Origin: an uncultured Methanomassiliicoccales archaeon
GTDB lineage: Archaea > Thermoplasmatota > Thermoplasmata > Methanomassiliicoccales > UBA472
Length of the DNA: 64,000 nt
NCBI GenBank assembly: GCA_963695345.1
Contig: OY968769.1
Span: 224,001 to 288,000, forward strand
Reading direction: 5' to 3'
A program made the position numbers and the translations under genes. The notes beneath the pieces are model-generated. The model saw only the letters and a program-made list of their open reading frames with translations. It made no database searches and was not told where the DNA came from. Of the stretch, positions 19,917 to 32,302 are shown one piece after another (position 1 is the first letter of the stretch; each line of letters begins with the position of its first letter).

Positions 19917-20535
19917 TCATTTCTGGGCGACCTTGTCGAATTTCTCCGACACATAGTCCCAGTTGATGTTGTTCCAGAACGCTTCGACGTACTTCGGCCT
20001 CAGGTTCTTGTAGTCCACATAGTAGGCGTGCTCCCAAACGTCCAGCACCGCCAGGATCTTGTATCCGGGGATCACGTTGACGTTGTGCTTCTCGATCTGC
20101 ATGACCATCGGTCTTTGGGTCATCGAGCAGTACGTCGAAAGCCGCCCAGCCGGAACCCTCCGCGCTGGTGGCGATCGCGCTGAATTCCTTCTTGAATCGG
20201 TCGAACGAGCCGTATTCGGAATTGATTGCATCGCCCAGATTTCCACCTGGCTGTCCACCCGCCTTGCCTGCCGGCGCCAGGTTCTCCCAGAATATCTTGT
20301 GTAGTTGGTGACCGCCCACATTGAACGAGAACTCCTTCGAGATGGCCTTCATGTCCAGATCGACGTTGTCCTTCCTCGCCGCGGCGAGCTTATCGATGAT
20401 CGCGTTCGCCCCATTAACATAGGCTGCGTGATGCTTGTCATGGTGGAGCATCAACTGTTCCTCGGACAGAAACGGGGCAAGGTCCTTGTAGCCGTACTTC
20501 AGCGGCGGTAGTTCGTACTTCTTTCCTACATCCAT
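19917..20535 (-). CDS. sod: Fe/Mn superoxide dismutase (one frameshift near 20135)
   Basis: [26 protein letters not shown] and DVWEHAYY. Confidence 0.95.
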
Positions 20536-20592
20536 GATAACGTCTCCTAATACTGGAGTAATGACTGGAGCCCCAGGTATATTTTCTTTTTG

Positions 20593-20637
20593 TTCGGTCT
20601 ACGAAATATCGTCTAACGATATGTCAGATATCCTGAC
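20593..20637. promoter_or_regulatory. Palindromic candidate operator(s) upstream of sod
   Basis: TTCG-N5-CGAA at 20593-20605, ATATCGT-CTA-ACGATAT at 20606-20622 and GTCAG-ATATC-CTGAC at 20623-20637, next to an AT-rich promoter-like stretch. Confidence 0.35.
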
Positions 20638-20724
20638 CGAAGTCCGTTCCCGTGAAGGTCCACCGGTTCCTACCAGAAGGCGCCCTCCTCATCGGACCAT
20701 GGCCCATGGAGAGAGAGCCTTGGT

Positions 20725-21609
20725 TCAGTCATTGCGAAGAACGTCCCGGAGTCTGTCGACGATTTCGGTGGACGCCTCATCCGCGGGAACCAGGTCGATC
20801 TCCTCGGGGGATGGCGCACCCAATCCCAGCTCCACCGCCCTCCGGATCTGGTCCTGCTGGAATATCCGTCGTGATTCGATGGCTTTGGTGGTACCGTGCA
20901 GCTTCAGGGCGGCCACCCCGACAGCGTCCATTGCCACCCGGTCATCGGATGCCATGGTCATGTTCGCCGGCCACCTGGTCCCGGTCATCGGACCCCCATC
21001 CACGAACGCCTCGACCCCATCCATGACGATCAAATTGGGCCGGTATGCGACGTTCATCTCGGCGATCATCTCCCGGATATGGTTGGAGGAATGCAGCTCG
21101 CGCATGTTGTTCCCGGAGACCATACCGGTAGTGACCTTCATCGACATGGTGAAATGCCCGCCATATCCGTGGGTCTTGAGACAGCATAACGTAATGACCG
21201 CGTCCGCATCCAATACCGGCCTGGCAAACATGAAACCGTCATTCCAGTGGGAACCTGGCGAGGCTACTTTGGTGAACTGGGACCGAGGCATCTCGTCAAA
21301 AATGAGCGTTTCGAAACCGAGGCGCTCGGCCATGGAGAAAATGCCCTTCTCCTGGAACACCTCCCTGGTATTCGCCGGACCGCTCCGGTCGCCCACCACC
21401 ACCTTCTTCGGGCCACCCATCTGGACCATCCTTATGAGCGCCTCCAGGGAATCGTTGTGGGTTGAGCCAGGCGTCGGGTCGGCGGTGTTGAAGTTCGGCT
21501 TGATCAGGACCGTTCCACCGACAACCTCTGGCATCCCGAACGCTTCCACCACCTTCCGCGTACCTGCCTTGCGGTCTGGACCGAAGGCCACGCAAACCTT
21601 TGATCTCAT
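20725..21609 (-). CDS. DUF362-family protein
   Basis: VLIKPNFN, LKTHGYGGHFTMSMK, MDGVEAFVDGGP and DRVAMDAVG. Confidence 0.85.
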   Translation of the reverse strand: MRSKVCVAFGPDRKAGTRKVVEAFGMPEVVGGTVLIKPNFNTADPTPGSTHNDSLEALIRMVQMGGPKKVVVGDRSGPANTREVFQEKGIFSMAERLGFETLIFDEMPRSQFTKVASPGSHWNDGFMFARPVLDADAVITLCCLKTHGYGGHFTMSMKVTTGMVSGNNMRELHSSNHIREMIAEMNVAYRPNLIVMDGVEAFVDGGPMTGTRWPANMTMASDDRVAMDAVGVAALKLHGTTKAIESRRIFQQDQIRRAVELGLGAPSPEEIDLVPADEASTEIVDRLRDVLRND

Positions 21610-21728
21610 CCAATACCCTGGGTCATTTGGGCACGGGACCTATAACTATTCTTTCCGATGGTTGGCGAAAGCAGGCGTTCCAACTTTATAGGCCGGCAAC
21701 ATTACGTTGGTAGGAGATAGAGAGCATC

Positions 21729-22115
21729 ATGCCAAGCAAGAGGGAGAATCTGGCGGACAAGTACTTCGCCTGCAGCCAAAGGGAACGGGTGGTTTTCGAG
21801 GCGGGCATCAAGCTGGGCACCATCTATCACCAATTCGTCGGCACCCCCCTCAGTTCCACCAGCGTCGAATCGCTGGAACGGGCGATCCAGGACGGCGTAA
21901 GGGTACAGCCGTTCGTGAAGGACGTCAAGGTGCATATCTCCCGGGACGCTCTGCGGCGCAAGTCGGACGAATACGACTACCAGACATTGACCGGTCCGAT
22001 GATGGAGGTCACGCTGACGGTCAAGATGGACGCGGTCACCGTCGTTGCCGAGATGCGGTACATCGAGGAGCTCCACTATCCTCTGATGTACGTCAGGTCG
22101 ATCCTGGAGGAGTGA
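21729..22115 (+). CDS. mptD: Archaeal dihydroneopterin aldolase
   Basis: RERVVFEAGIKLGTIYHQFVGTP...YPLMYV signature. Confidence 0.9.
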   Translation: MPSKRENLADKYFACSQRERVVFEAGIKLGTIYHQFVGTPLSSTSVESLERAIQDGVRVQPFVKDVKVHISRDALRRKSDEYDYQTLTGPMMEVTLTVKMDAVTVVAEMRYIEELHYPLMYVRSILEE

Positions 22116-22236
22116 ATATCTTCTATATAACAGGTTTAATTTTTTCCATCGAAAAGATAAATAGCCCCAAATGCGTTATGGGTAATTCCTATTTCGGAAT
22201 AGCGGTGAGGGCCTGGTTCGCCCTTCGGTGAATTGA

Positions 22237-22780
22237 ATGAACAACATCAAGATCGGTATAACTGGCCTTCCAAGTGCGGGCAAGACGCACACCCTGGTAA
22301 AGGTTATCGAGATGCTCGAGGCGGAGGACCTCAAGGTCGGAGGAATGATCACCGAACCTATCATGGACGACAAGAAGCGAAGTGGCTTCTACGTCATCGA
22401 CTGGCGTACCAAGGAGAAAGGGGTGCTGGCCTCCACGGACATAACGAGCAAGTTCATGGTGGGCAAGTACGGCATCGACCTTAGTGTGCTGGAGGATGTC
22501 GGCGTCCGGGCGCTGGAGACGGCGTGCGCCGAATCCGACGTGATCGTGATCGATGAGGTGGGCAAGATCGAGGTCGAGAGCGAGAAGTTCGTCAATGCTG
22601 TGAAGGCGGCGTTGGACGTGGAGAAGCCCATACTGCTTGACGTTGCACAAGAAATCGCGCAATCCCCTGCTGCAGGACATCCGCCGCAGGGATGACGTTA
22701 GGATACTCGAGGTGACGCCGATCAACCGGAACCTGCTGCCCTATAAGATCATGAAGCTCATGAAGGGAGAGCTTCTTTGA
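22237..22780 (+). CDS. THEP1-family nucleoside triphosphatase (frameshift near 22640)
   Basis: GLPSAGKT, VGKYGID and VIVIDEVGKIE; C-terminus LHKKSRNPLLQDIRRRDD in the shifted frame. Confidence 0.9.
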
Positions 22781-23889
22781 GCCAGCCGGCTGACTCTGAA
22801 CTATCCCTCGAAGGCGCGACCCAGATCTATATCCCGGTCAACCACACCGATCACGGACCGGGAAAGATCCAGGGGAGGGTATTCTATAACCGCCAAATGG
22901 CATTCAACCGGGATATTTCGGTCATGTTCTTCAGCTCACCGCAGGTCACGGTGCGCAGGGCGATCGACGCCATGTCCGCCACCGGCGTCCGGGCGGTCCG
23001 GATCGCCAATGAGGCCCGGCCTGACATCCATTTCGATATCTGCGACCGGGATTCATTAGCCACGGAGTTCATCAGGGAGAACATCGTCCTGAACCGCCTG
23101 GAGAACTGCACCGCGATCAACAACGACCTGCGATGCCAACTTGCCCAGGAATACTACGATTACGTGGACCTGGACCCCTTTGGCACTCCAGTAGATTTCA
23201 TTCCAGCGGCGCTGCAGTCGCTTAAGCGGAACGGGATCTTGGCAATCACGGCAACCGACACCGCCCCCTTGGCCGGAGCGCAATCCAAGAAATGTGTCCG
23301 ACGTTACGGTGCGATGCCTTGCCGGGGGGAGTTCTGCCATGAGGCCGGATTGAGGATACTGATCGGCTACGTTGCCAAGGAGGCGGCGAAACTGGACAAG
23401 GGAACGGTACCGATGCTCTGCTTCTATGCCGACCACTACATGAGGCTCTACCTGAGGATGCCCCAGTCAGCGAACCATGCGGACGCCGCCCTGGACCAGA
23501 TCGGCCACATGCAGTTCGACCGCTCCACCCATGAAAGGACGACATCCAAGCATCCCCGCACCACGAAGGATTGCGGGCCCATGTGGCTCGGGCCCCTGGC
23601 TGACAAGGACTTCCTCGGCTCCATGAAGATGCCTGATTCTCTTGCCGAAAGGGACCGATGCGCCAAGTACATGGACCTGTGGACCGAGGAACTGGACGTT
23701 CCCTACTACTTCGAGAACAACGAACTGTCTTCCGTCGCCAAGCTGTCCCCGCCCAGGAGGGAGGTCTTGATGGAAAGGATGAAGCAGATCGGTCTCGCTT
23801 CCCGGACGCACATGTCGCCCACTGGGTTCAAGTCCGACCGTAGTTTCGCGGAAATACTGGCCGCCTACCGGGATATCGGCCTCCCATGA
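22777..23889 (+). CDS. trm1: tRNA (guanine26-N2)-dimethyltransferase
   Basis: VFYNRQMAFNRD, DAMSATGVRAVR, VDLDPFGTP, ITATDTAPL and HEAGLRILIG. Confidence 0.95.
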   Translation: MSQPADSELSLEGATQIYIPVNHTDHGPGKIQGRVFYNRQMAFNRDISVMFFSSPQVTVRRAIDAMSATGVRAVRIANEARPDIHFDICDRDSLATEFIRENIVLNRLENCTAINNDLRCQLAQEYYDYVDLDPFGTPVDFIPAALQSLKRNGILAITATDTAPLAGAQSKKCVRRYGAMPCRGEFCHEAGLRILIGYVAKEAAKLDKGTVPMLCFYADHYMRLYLRMPQSANHADAALDQIGHMQFDRSTHERTTSKHPRTTKDCGPMWLGPLADKDFLGSMKMPDSLAERDRCAKYMDLWTEELDVPYYFENNELSSVAKLSPPRREVLMERMKQIGLASRTHMSPTGFKSDRSFAEILAAYRDIGLP

Positions 23890-25242
<1,353 letters not shown>

Positions 25243-25460
25243 TATCCTTCTGGACCTCAATCACCGACATAACATGGTCTCCATGGACCGGCCAGTGGCT
25301 TGATTTCGAAATGGTGCGGCTCCAGCCGTCGATGTTGAGGGTCGATCCAGTACCATCCGTACTTTTTACCGCGAGGACAAGCAACCGATCGCATGATCTT
25401 TTCGACCTCCGAAAGCATGAACTACCTGTGGCTTCCTAGTAACAACTAGAGGGTGAAAAA

Positions 25461-26003
25461 ATGGTAACCGGCAACCTGTTGGTGACCTTTCGCCCAACCC
25501 AGAAAGGTCACGCTGAAGAAGAGATAAGAGCAAGACTCAAGGACGTTGGCGCCTACGTCGACAGTATCAAGGAAACGGAGGTCGAGGGCGTATGCGAGGT
25601 CAAGGTCCTTGGGGACCCGAAGGAAGTCGTGGCGGACCTACGAAAACTGTGTTTTCAAGACCCCGAAGAGTTCCCATATACACACCATTGGGTCCCGCTG
25701 GAGAAATGGGTCGAACCATACATCGACGAGATGCTTAAGGTTACGACCGAATACGGAAAACAAATAGGCGGCAATGAGAGATGGATGATGCATCTGCACA
25801 AACGCCATACCGGGCGGCACTCATCCGAGCTCATTGAGAGACTGACCGAACCCATCAACCAGGGTATCGTGGACCTGAGGGATCCACAGAAAATAGTAGT
25901 CGTAGAGATGATGGGCGATCGGACTGGCATGTCCCTGGTGAGGAGCGAGGAACTGCTGGATGTCATCAAGGTCAGGGAGACGATAGAGAAACGGATGCTG
26001 TAA
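25461..26003 (+). CDS. THUMP-domain RNA-binding protein (stand-alone)
   Basis: NLLVTF, HHWVPLEKW and VDLRDPQKIVVVEMMG; GGTGA SD. Confidence 0.75.
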   Translation: MVTGNLLVTFRPTQKGHAEEEIRARLKDVGAYVDSIKETEVEGVCEVKVLGDPKEVVADLRKLCFQDPEEFPYTHHWVPLEKWVEPYIDEMLKVTTEYGKQIGGNERWMMHLHKRHTGRHSSELIERLTEPINQGIVDLRDPQKIVVVEMMGDRTGMSLVRSEELLDVIKVRETIEKRML

Positions 26004-26242
26004 GTACCGATGTGGAGGCATCCACCAGCATGGGTCGGGCTCCGTGGCGAGAGGGCAGCCTAGTTAACGCATTGGCATTCGTAATGCTGAGTGATGCTGA
26101 AGGGTTACCTCAAGTCCGGAAAGGAGTGACGATACCACACCTCCATGCATAAGGAACGAAGATGAGTTGAAAGTAAAACGACGAATTGTGTTCAAATCTC
26201 TCAAAGCACGGGTTCAGTCATTTCAAGGAGCAGACACGCGGT

Positions 26243-26743
26243 TCATGGGTCATCCCCTGTCTCTTCCTGCCCCTTCTCCTTTCGGCATCTTCCCCGACAA
26301 CAGTTCTTCCGCCCAACCGCCCCCCCTTCGTCTGGGCAGACGTGGAGGTCGCTGCTTCCACAGAATGGACATTGGGTTTGCTCAGATATCGAAGAGGGAC
26401 ATTCCCATACCGCGTGGCACCCATGGCATTCACGCATTGTACGTTTTACCAAGGTGTAGTTTCCACCGCCGATCTCGATCGCCTTCCCTTTCACCAAGGC
26501 TTCGGCAATCTTCTTTCTGGCATTCTGAAGGTCCTCCCAGACGGCCCTTCGGGAGATGCCCATCCTTTGGGCAGCTTCCTCCTGGTCAAGTCCCTCCATA
26601 TCCGACAATCGAACGACCTCGAGCTCTTCCAGCGAAAGGAGGACAACTTCAAGTTCCCTCATCGGTACTCCCCGGGGCTTAAAATATGTGACCACTGGCT
26701 CAGTTTCTATCCGTCTTGGACATCGTGGTCTTCCCGGTCTCAT
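26243..26743 (-). CDS. DUF134 (UPF0251) HTH protein with a Cys-rich C-terminal tail
   Basis: [27 protein letters not shown] and [12 protein letters not shown]; then CHGC..CPFC..CC. Confidence 0.9.
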   Translation of the reverse strand: MRPGRPRCPRRIETEPVVTYFKPRGVPMRELEVVLLSLEELEVVRLSDMEGLDQEEAAQRMGISRRAVWEDLQNARKKIAEALVKGKAIEIGGGNYTLVKRTMRECHGCHAVWECPSSISEQTQCPFCGSSDLHVCPDEGGAVGRKNCCRGRCRKEKGQEETGDDP

Positions 26744-27026
26744 AGACTCCCTCATTTACGGGAAAATATATTTTGCTTTCTTATAATCGAATGTGGGTGA
26801 TATGCCTTCCATTCATTTCATTATGCTTATGTTCAGTAAAAAGGTCAATCCTTCAAGAAGGACCAAGGCCGAGCATGACCTCGCTTAACTACATGTTCAA
26901 AGGGACCGGTGGTCTTGTATCAATTCGCTATTGACGTCTATGAATGTGGGCACCCGATGACCCACGTCTTTCATTCCCCAGATTTTGCGATGCTTTAAGT
27001 ATGATTCATATCAATTTGCGGGTTCA

Positions 27027-27272
27027 ATGTCAGAGACCCAGCAATCGGGACTGCCCCGTCCCGTCATCATCGAGGACGAGTGCAAGGGATGCGGCCGATG
27101 CGTGAACGCCTGCCCGAAGAAGGTCCTCCAGATGTCCAGCAAGATCAACAAGAAGGGATTCATCCCCGCCGAATACATCGGCGAAGGATGCACTGGCTGT
27201 TCCATCTGTTACTACAACTGCCCCGAGCCCTACGCCATCGAGGTCCATACCGAAAAGAAGGTGACGAAATGA
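27027..27272 (+). CDS. vorC: 2x[4Fe-4S] ferredoxin subunit of 2-oxoacid:ferredoxin oxidoreductase
   Basis: [12 protein letters not shown] and [12 protein letters not shown]; ATGA overlap with the next gene. Confidence 0.85.
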   Translation: MSETQQSGLPRPVIIEDECKGCGRCVNACPKKVLQMSSKINKKGFIPAEYIGEGCTGCSICYYNCPEPYAIEVHTEKKVTK

Positions 27273-28329
27273 GGAAGTTCATGAAAGGAAACGAGGCCGT
27301 GGTCATCGGCGCACTGTACGCCGGATGCGATGTCTATTTCGGTTATCCGATCACCCCGGCCAGCGAGATCGCCGATGGCGCCGCCGAACTGTTCCCCCAG
27401 CTGGGCAAGGAGTACCTCCAGGCGGAGTGCGAGACCGCTTCCATCAACATGATCTACGGTGCGGCGAGCGGCGGCAAGCTGGCCATGACCGCATCCTCCG
27501 GACCGGGGATCAGCCTGATGCAGGAAGGCATATCCTACCTGGCCGGGGCACAGCTGCCGGCGCTCATCGTCAACATCATGCGGGCCGGGCCGGGGCTGGG
27601 CAACATCGGTCCGGAGCAGGGCGACTACAATCAGGCGGTGAAGGGCGGCGGCCATGGCAATTACCACTGCCATTGTCCTTGCTCCAGCGTCGGTGCAGGA
27701 GATGTGCGACCTGACCATGAAGGCGTTCGAACTGGCGTTCAAGTACCGCAACCCGGCCATGATCCTGGCGGACGCCATCCTGGGCCAGGTGATGGAGTCG
27801 TTGAAGCTTCCGGAAAGAGAGGCGCAAAGACCGGACACTTCGAGCTGGTCGGTACAGGGCGATGCCGGAACCACGCAAGAATCTGATCACCTCCATCTAT
27901 CTGGACCTGGAGCTGATGGAGAAGCACAACCGAGATGCTCCAGGAGAAGTACGCCGCCATGGAGCAGGAGGCCATGTCCGAATCGTACCTCACCGACGAC
28001 GCGGAGATCTGATCCTCACCGGATACGGAACGAGCGCCCGGGTGGCCCGTTCCGCCGTGGACCAGCTGAGAAAGGAAGGGATCAAGGCCGGTCTGTTCCG
28101 ACCGATCTCCCTGATGCCGTTCCCGACCAAGGAGCTGAACCGGGCAATGCTCGGCAAGAAGGTGCTGGTGGTGGAGATGAGCAACGGTCAGTACCGGGAC
28201 GACGTGCTGCTTCACCTGGACCGGGACAAGCGGACGCCGGTCCGCCTGGTCAACCGCATGGGTGGTAACCTGATCCAGGTCGAGGATGTGCTCAAGGCGG
28301 CGCGCGCCATGATCAAGGAGGTGCAATGA
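27269..28329 (+). CDS. vorB: 2-oxoisovalerate:ferredoxin oxidoreductase, alpha-type subunit; multiple frameshifts
   Basis: [47 protein letters not shown] and VVEMSNGQY. Confidence 0.85.
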
Positions 28330-29743
28330 TGGCGACATGATCAAGAAGGCCACCGGCTTCTACGAGACGTTCGACCGCAAGGACGGCACGAAGACGACGA
28401 CATATCTGCGCCGGCTGCGGGCACGGCATCATCCAGAAGCTGATCGCCGAGGCCATGGCCGACCTGGGCATCCAGGACCGGACGGTGTTCGTATCCCGGT
28501 GGGATGCGCGGCGTTCTGCTTCTACTACTTCGACTGCGGCAACGTGGCCGGACCGCATGGGCGGGCGTCGGCGGTGGCCACCGGCGTGTCCCGGGTCGCT
28601 CCCGGACAAGGTGGTCATCGCCTACCAGGGGGACGGGGACCTGGGGGCGATCGGTTTCAACAACGCATTCCAGGCGGCCAACCGCGGCGAGCATTTCGCC
28701 GCTTCTTCGTCAACAACTCCATCTTCGCCATGACCGGCGGCCAGATGGCCCCGACCACGCTGCCGGGGCAGAAGACCACCACGACCCCGTTCGGCCGGGA
28801 CGTGGCCAAGACTGGTTACCCGCTGCACGATGTGCGAGGTGTTCGCCCAGCTGGAGGCGCCGGTCTTCATCGAGCGCGTCTCCGTCGCCGACACCAAGCG
28901 CATCATGCAGGCCAAGAAGGCGGTGCGCAAGGCACTGGAGATCCAGAGGGACGGAAAGGGATACGCGTTCGTGGAGTTCCTCTCCCCCTGCCCCACCAAC
29001 TGGAGGATGGACGCCATCAAGTCGGCGGAGTTCGTCACCAACGAGATGGAGAAGGTGTTCCCGCTGGGCTGCTTCCGGGACCGCAGCGCCGAGCCGGGCC
29101 TGAAGCGCCATGCCGATCGAGCAGAAGACGCTCGAAGGACCTCATGGGCGACGACCGGCGCATGGCATAGACCCGGTCCCCGACCCGAAGTTCGGGGAGA
29201 AGCGCTTCAAGTTCTCCGGGTTCGGAGGACAGGGCGTGCTGAGCCTCGGACTGGTCGTGGCCGAGGCGGCGGGAAACGATGGCCGATACGTCTCCTGGCT
29301 GCCCAGCTACGGGCCGGAACAGAGGGGCGGTTCCGCCTCCTGCTCGGTCGTGATGAGCGGCCAGCAGGTCGGTTCGCCGACCGTGGATAAGCCCGACGTC
29401 CTGGTGTGCATGAACCAGCCCTCCCTGGAGAAGTTCGGTTCCACCGTCAGCCAGGGAGGGGTGCTCATCTACGAGGCAATCGCTGCCCGGTAACGCCTGA
29501 GGTCAGGAGCGATGTCCGGGTGATCGCGTTCCCGGCCATGAAGATCGCCAGCGACAACGGCGTGCCCAAGGCGGCCAACACCGCGTTCCTGGGCTGCATG
29601 AGCGCCCTGGGTCTGATAGGGCTGCCGGAGGAGCACATCCTCGAGGCGCTGGCCGAGAGCTTCGCCTCGAAGCCGCATTGGTGGAGAAGAACGAGAAGGT
29701 GTTCGAGGCGGCCAAGGCGTGGGTGGCATCGAATATAAAGTAA
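28326..29743 (+). CDS. vorA: 2-oxoisovalerate:ferredoxin oxidoreductase, beta+gamma fusion subunit; multiple frameshifts
   Basis: [30 protein letters not shown] and LSPCPTNW; then gamma-domain GFGGQGVL and [13 protein letters not shown]. Confidence 0.85.
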
Positions 29744-29754
29744 TCGGGCATCAG

Positions 29755-29800
29755 CGTGGCCGAATCAAGTGATTCGGCCGCCACCTTCATTTTCTTCCAA
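29755..29800 (+). terminator. Stem-loop plus pyrimidine tract after vorA
   Basis: GTGGCCGAATCA-AG-TGATTCGGCCGC followed by CTTCATTTTCTTCC. Confidence 0.55.
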
Positions 29801-29960
29801 CCGATGACCGCACCAAGGGCAGCATCTTACAATCAACCTTGACCGTCCTGGATAACCTTAAAATAGAAAACCAGGGCATTCGTCCAGAAGGACCAGGTTT
29901 GCCAGACGTCCCTTGGACAATAATGGCATCCTTTCCATCGATTCGATCTGCAGGGATAGT

Positions 29961-30529
29961 ATGACTTCTCCGGACAAGCTCGGAACCCGAATACGCACGT
30001 ACCGCGAACGCCTGGGATTAACTCCTGAGGATCTGGCCAAGAACGCCGGCCTGGATCTGGTCCTCCTGAAGAGCATCGAGGAGAACCGGGCCTACCCGGC
30101 GATCGGCGTTCTGGTCAAGCTCAGCCGCGGCCCTCGGGCAGCGCCTGGGCACATTCATGGACGACCAGTTCATCGAGGACCCGCTGATCGTGAGGGCGGA
30201 CGAGCGCAAGGAGGAGACCACCGGGCGACCAGGGGAGCCGGACCGGACCACTGCTCACTACTACGCTCTGGGAAAGGGCAAGACCGACCGCCACATGGAC
30301 CCGTTCTATGTCGAGTTCAACGGAGGCGGCGAGAGGCAGCTGTCCTCCCACGAGGGCGAGGAGTTCATCATCGTGGTCTCTGGGAAGATCGAGCTGATCT
30401 ACGGCAAGCAGACGTTCATCCTGGGACCGGGCGATTCGATGTACTACAACTCGGTCGTGCCGCATCATGTAGGTTCGGCGACCGACGGTCCTGCCTCGAT
30501 ATACGCGGTCGGTCTACACTCCGTTCTGA
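29961..30529 (+). CDS. XRE-family HTH + cupin transcriptional regulator; frameshifted
   Basis: LGTRIRTYRERLGLT HTH; SSHEGEEFIIVVSG..GDSMYYNSVVPH cupin. Confidence 0.88.
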
Positions 30530-30539
30530 GGTGGTCCAC

Positions 30540-32201
30540 ATGGTACGGAAGGAGATCACCAGAGAGGCGACGCTCGGCCAGCTCCTGGACGAGACGGTCG
30601 CCAAGTATCCGGACAACGAGGCCATCGTCTATGCGGACCGGGACTATCGCGAGACGTGGAGGGAGTTCAGCAACACCGTCGACCGGGTCGCCAAGGGGCT
30701 CATGGCCTTGGGCGTCAAGAAGGGCGAGAAGGTGGCGGTATGGGCCACCAACGTGCCCCACTGGGTCACGCTGCAGTTCGCCACCGCGAAGATCGGTGCG
30801 ATCCTGCTCACCATCAACATCAACTACAAGTCGACCGAGATCGAATACGTCCTGAAGCAGTCGGACTGCGAGAACATCTTCGTCATCGACGGTTACCGGG
30901 ACACCGACTATGTCAGCATCCTCTACGAGCTCATCCCGGAGCTGAAGACCCAGCCCCGAGACAAACTGCACACCGAGAGGTTCCCGCACCTGCAGCGGGT
31001 GATGTTCCTCGGCCCGGAGAAGCACCGGGGCATGTACTCGATGCCTGAGGTGATGGCGATGGCGGCCCAGGTCGGCGACCGAGGAGTACGAAGAGAGACA
31101 GGCGACCCTGAGCTGCTACGATGTCGTCAACATGCAGTACACCTCCGGAACCACCGGTTTCCCCAAGGGGGTCATGCTGACCCACTTCAACATCGCGCAA
31201 CAACGGCTACTGGATCGGGGCGAACAAGAACTTCAGCGACCGAACGACCGCATTTGCCTGCCCGTGCCGCTGTTCCACTGCTTCGGCTGCGTGCTGGGGG
31301 TGATGGCCAGCCTGAACTCGGGGCAGCACCATGGTCATCCTGGAGAAGTACGACCCGGTCAACGTGATGATGGCGATAGAGAAGGAGAGGTGCACCGCGC
31401 GTGTACGGCGTGCCGACCATGTTCATCACCATCCTGGACCACCCGCTGTTCAACAAGTTCGACTTCACCACGCTGCGCACCGGCATCATGGCCGGCTCCC
31501 CGTGCCCGGTCAAGATCGATGAACGAGTGCGTGGAGATGATGAACATGACCGAGGTGACCAACGTGTACGGCCTGACCGAGTCCTCGCCTGGGCATGACC
31601 CAGACCCGATATGACGAGCCGTCCCTGGAGAGGAAGTGCTCCACCGTCGGAAAGGCCATGCCGGGCGTCGAGGTCGCGGTCATCAATCCGGACACTGGAG
31701 AGTTCTGCAAGGACGAGGAGCACGGCGAGCTGTGCTGCCGCGGCTACAACGTGATGAAGGGATACTACAAGATGCCCGAGGAGACCGCCCAGGCCATCGA
31801 CAAGGACGGTTGGCTCCATTCCGGGGACATCGGCAAGAGGGACAAGGACGGATACTTCTCGGTCACCGGACGCCTGAAGGACATGATCATCCGGGGCGGG
31901 GAGAACATCTACCCCAAGGAGGTCGAGGACTTCGTCCACCACATGCCCGGGGTCAAGGACGTCCAGGTGGTCGGCGTGCCCGAGCAAGAAGTACGGCGAG
32001 CAGCCGGCGGCGTTCATCATCCTGCAGCCGGGAGTCAGCATGACCGAGACCGACGTCCAGGACTTCTGCCGCAACAAGATATCCTTCTACAAGATGCCCA
32101 AGTACGTGGCATTCGTGGACGAGTACCCGCTGACCGCCAGCGGCAAGATCATGAAGTACAAGCTGAGGGAGCAGTCGGCGGAGCTGTGGCCGGACGCTTG
32201 A
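30540..32201 (+). CDS. AMP-forming acyl-CoA synthetase; multiple frameshifts
   Basis: QYTSGTTGFPKG, PLFHCFG, YGLTE, GWLHSGD, GRLKDMIIRGGENIYP and PLTASGK. Confidence 0.92.
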
Positions 32202-32302
32202 CGGGGATTCTGAACGGAATCAGGGATTCCGCCAGGATGTCCTCCTGGGCCGGTTGTGGAATCCAAACATTTTTCTCCTTTCCATATTTCTAGGGTCTTC
32301 AG

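Noticed and set aside
26170-26230. GTTCAAATC resembling a tRNA T-loop
   Set aside because: No T-stem pairing or cloverleaf around it.
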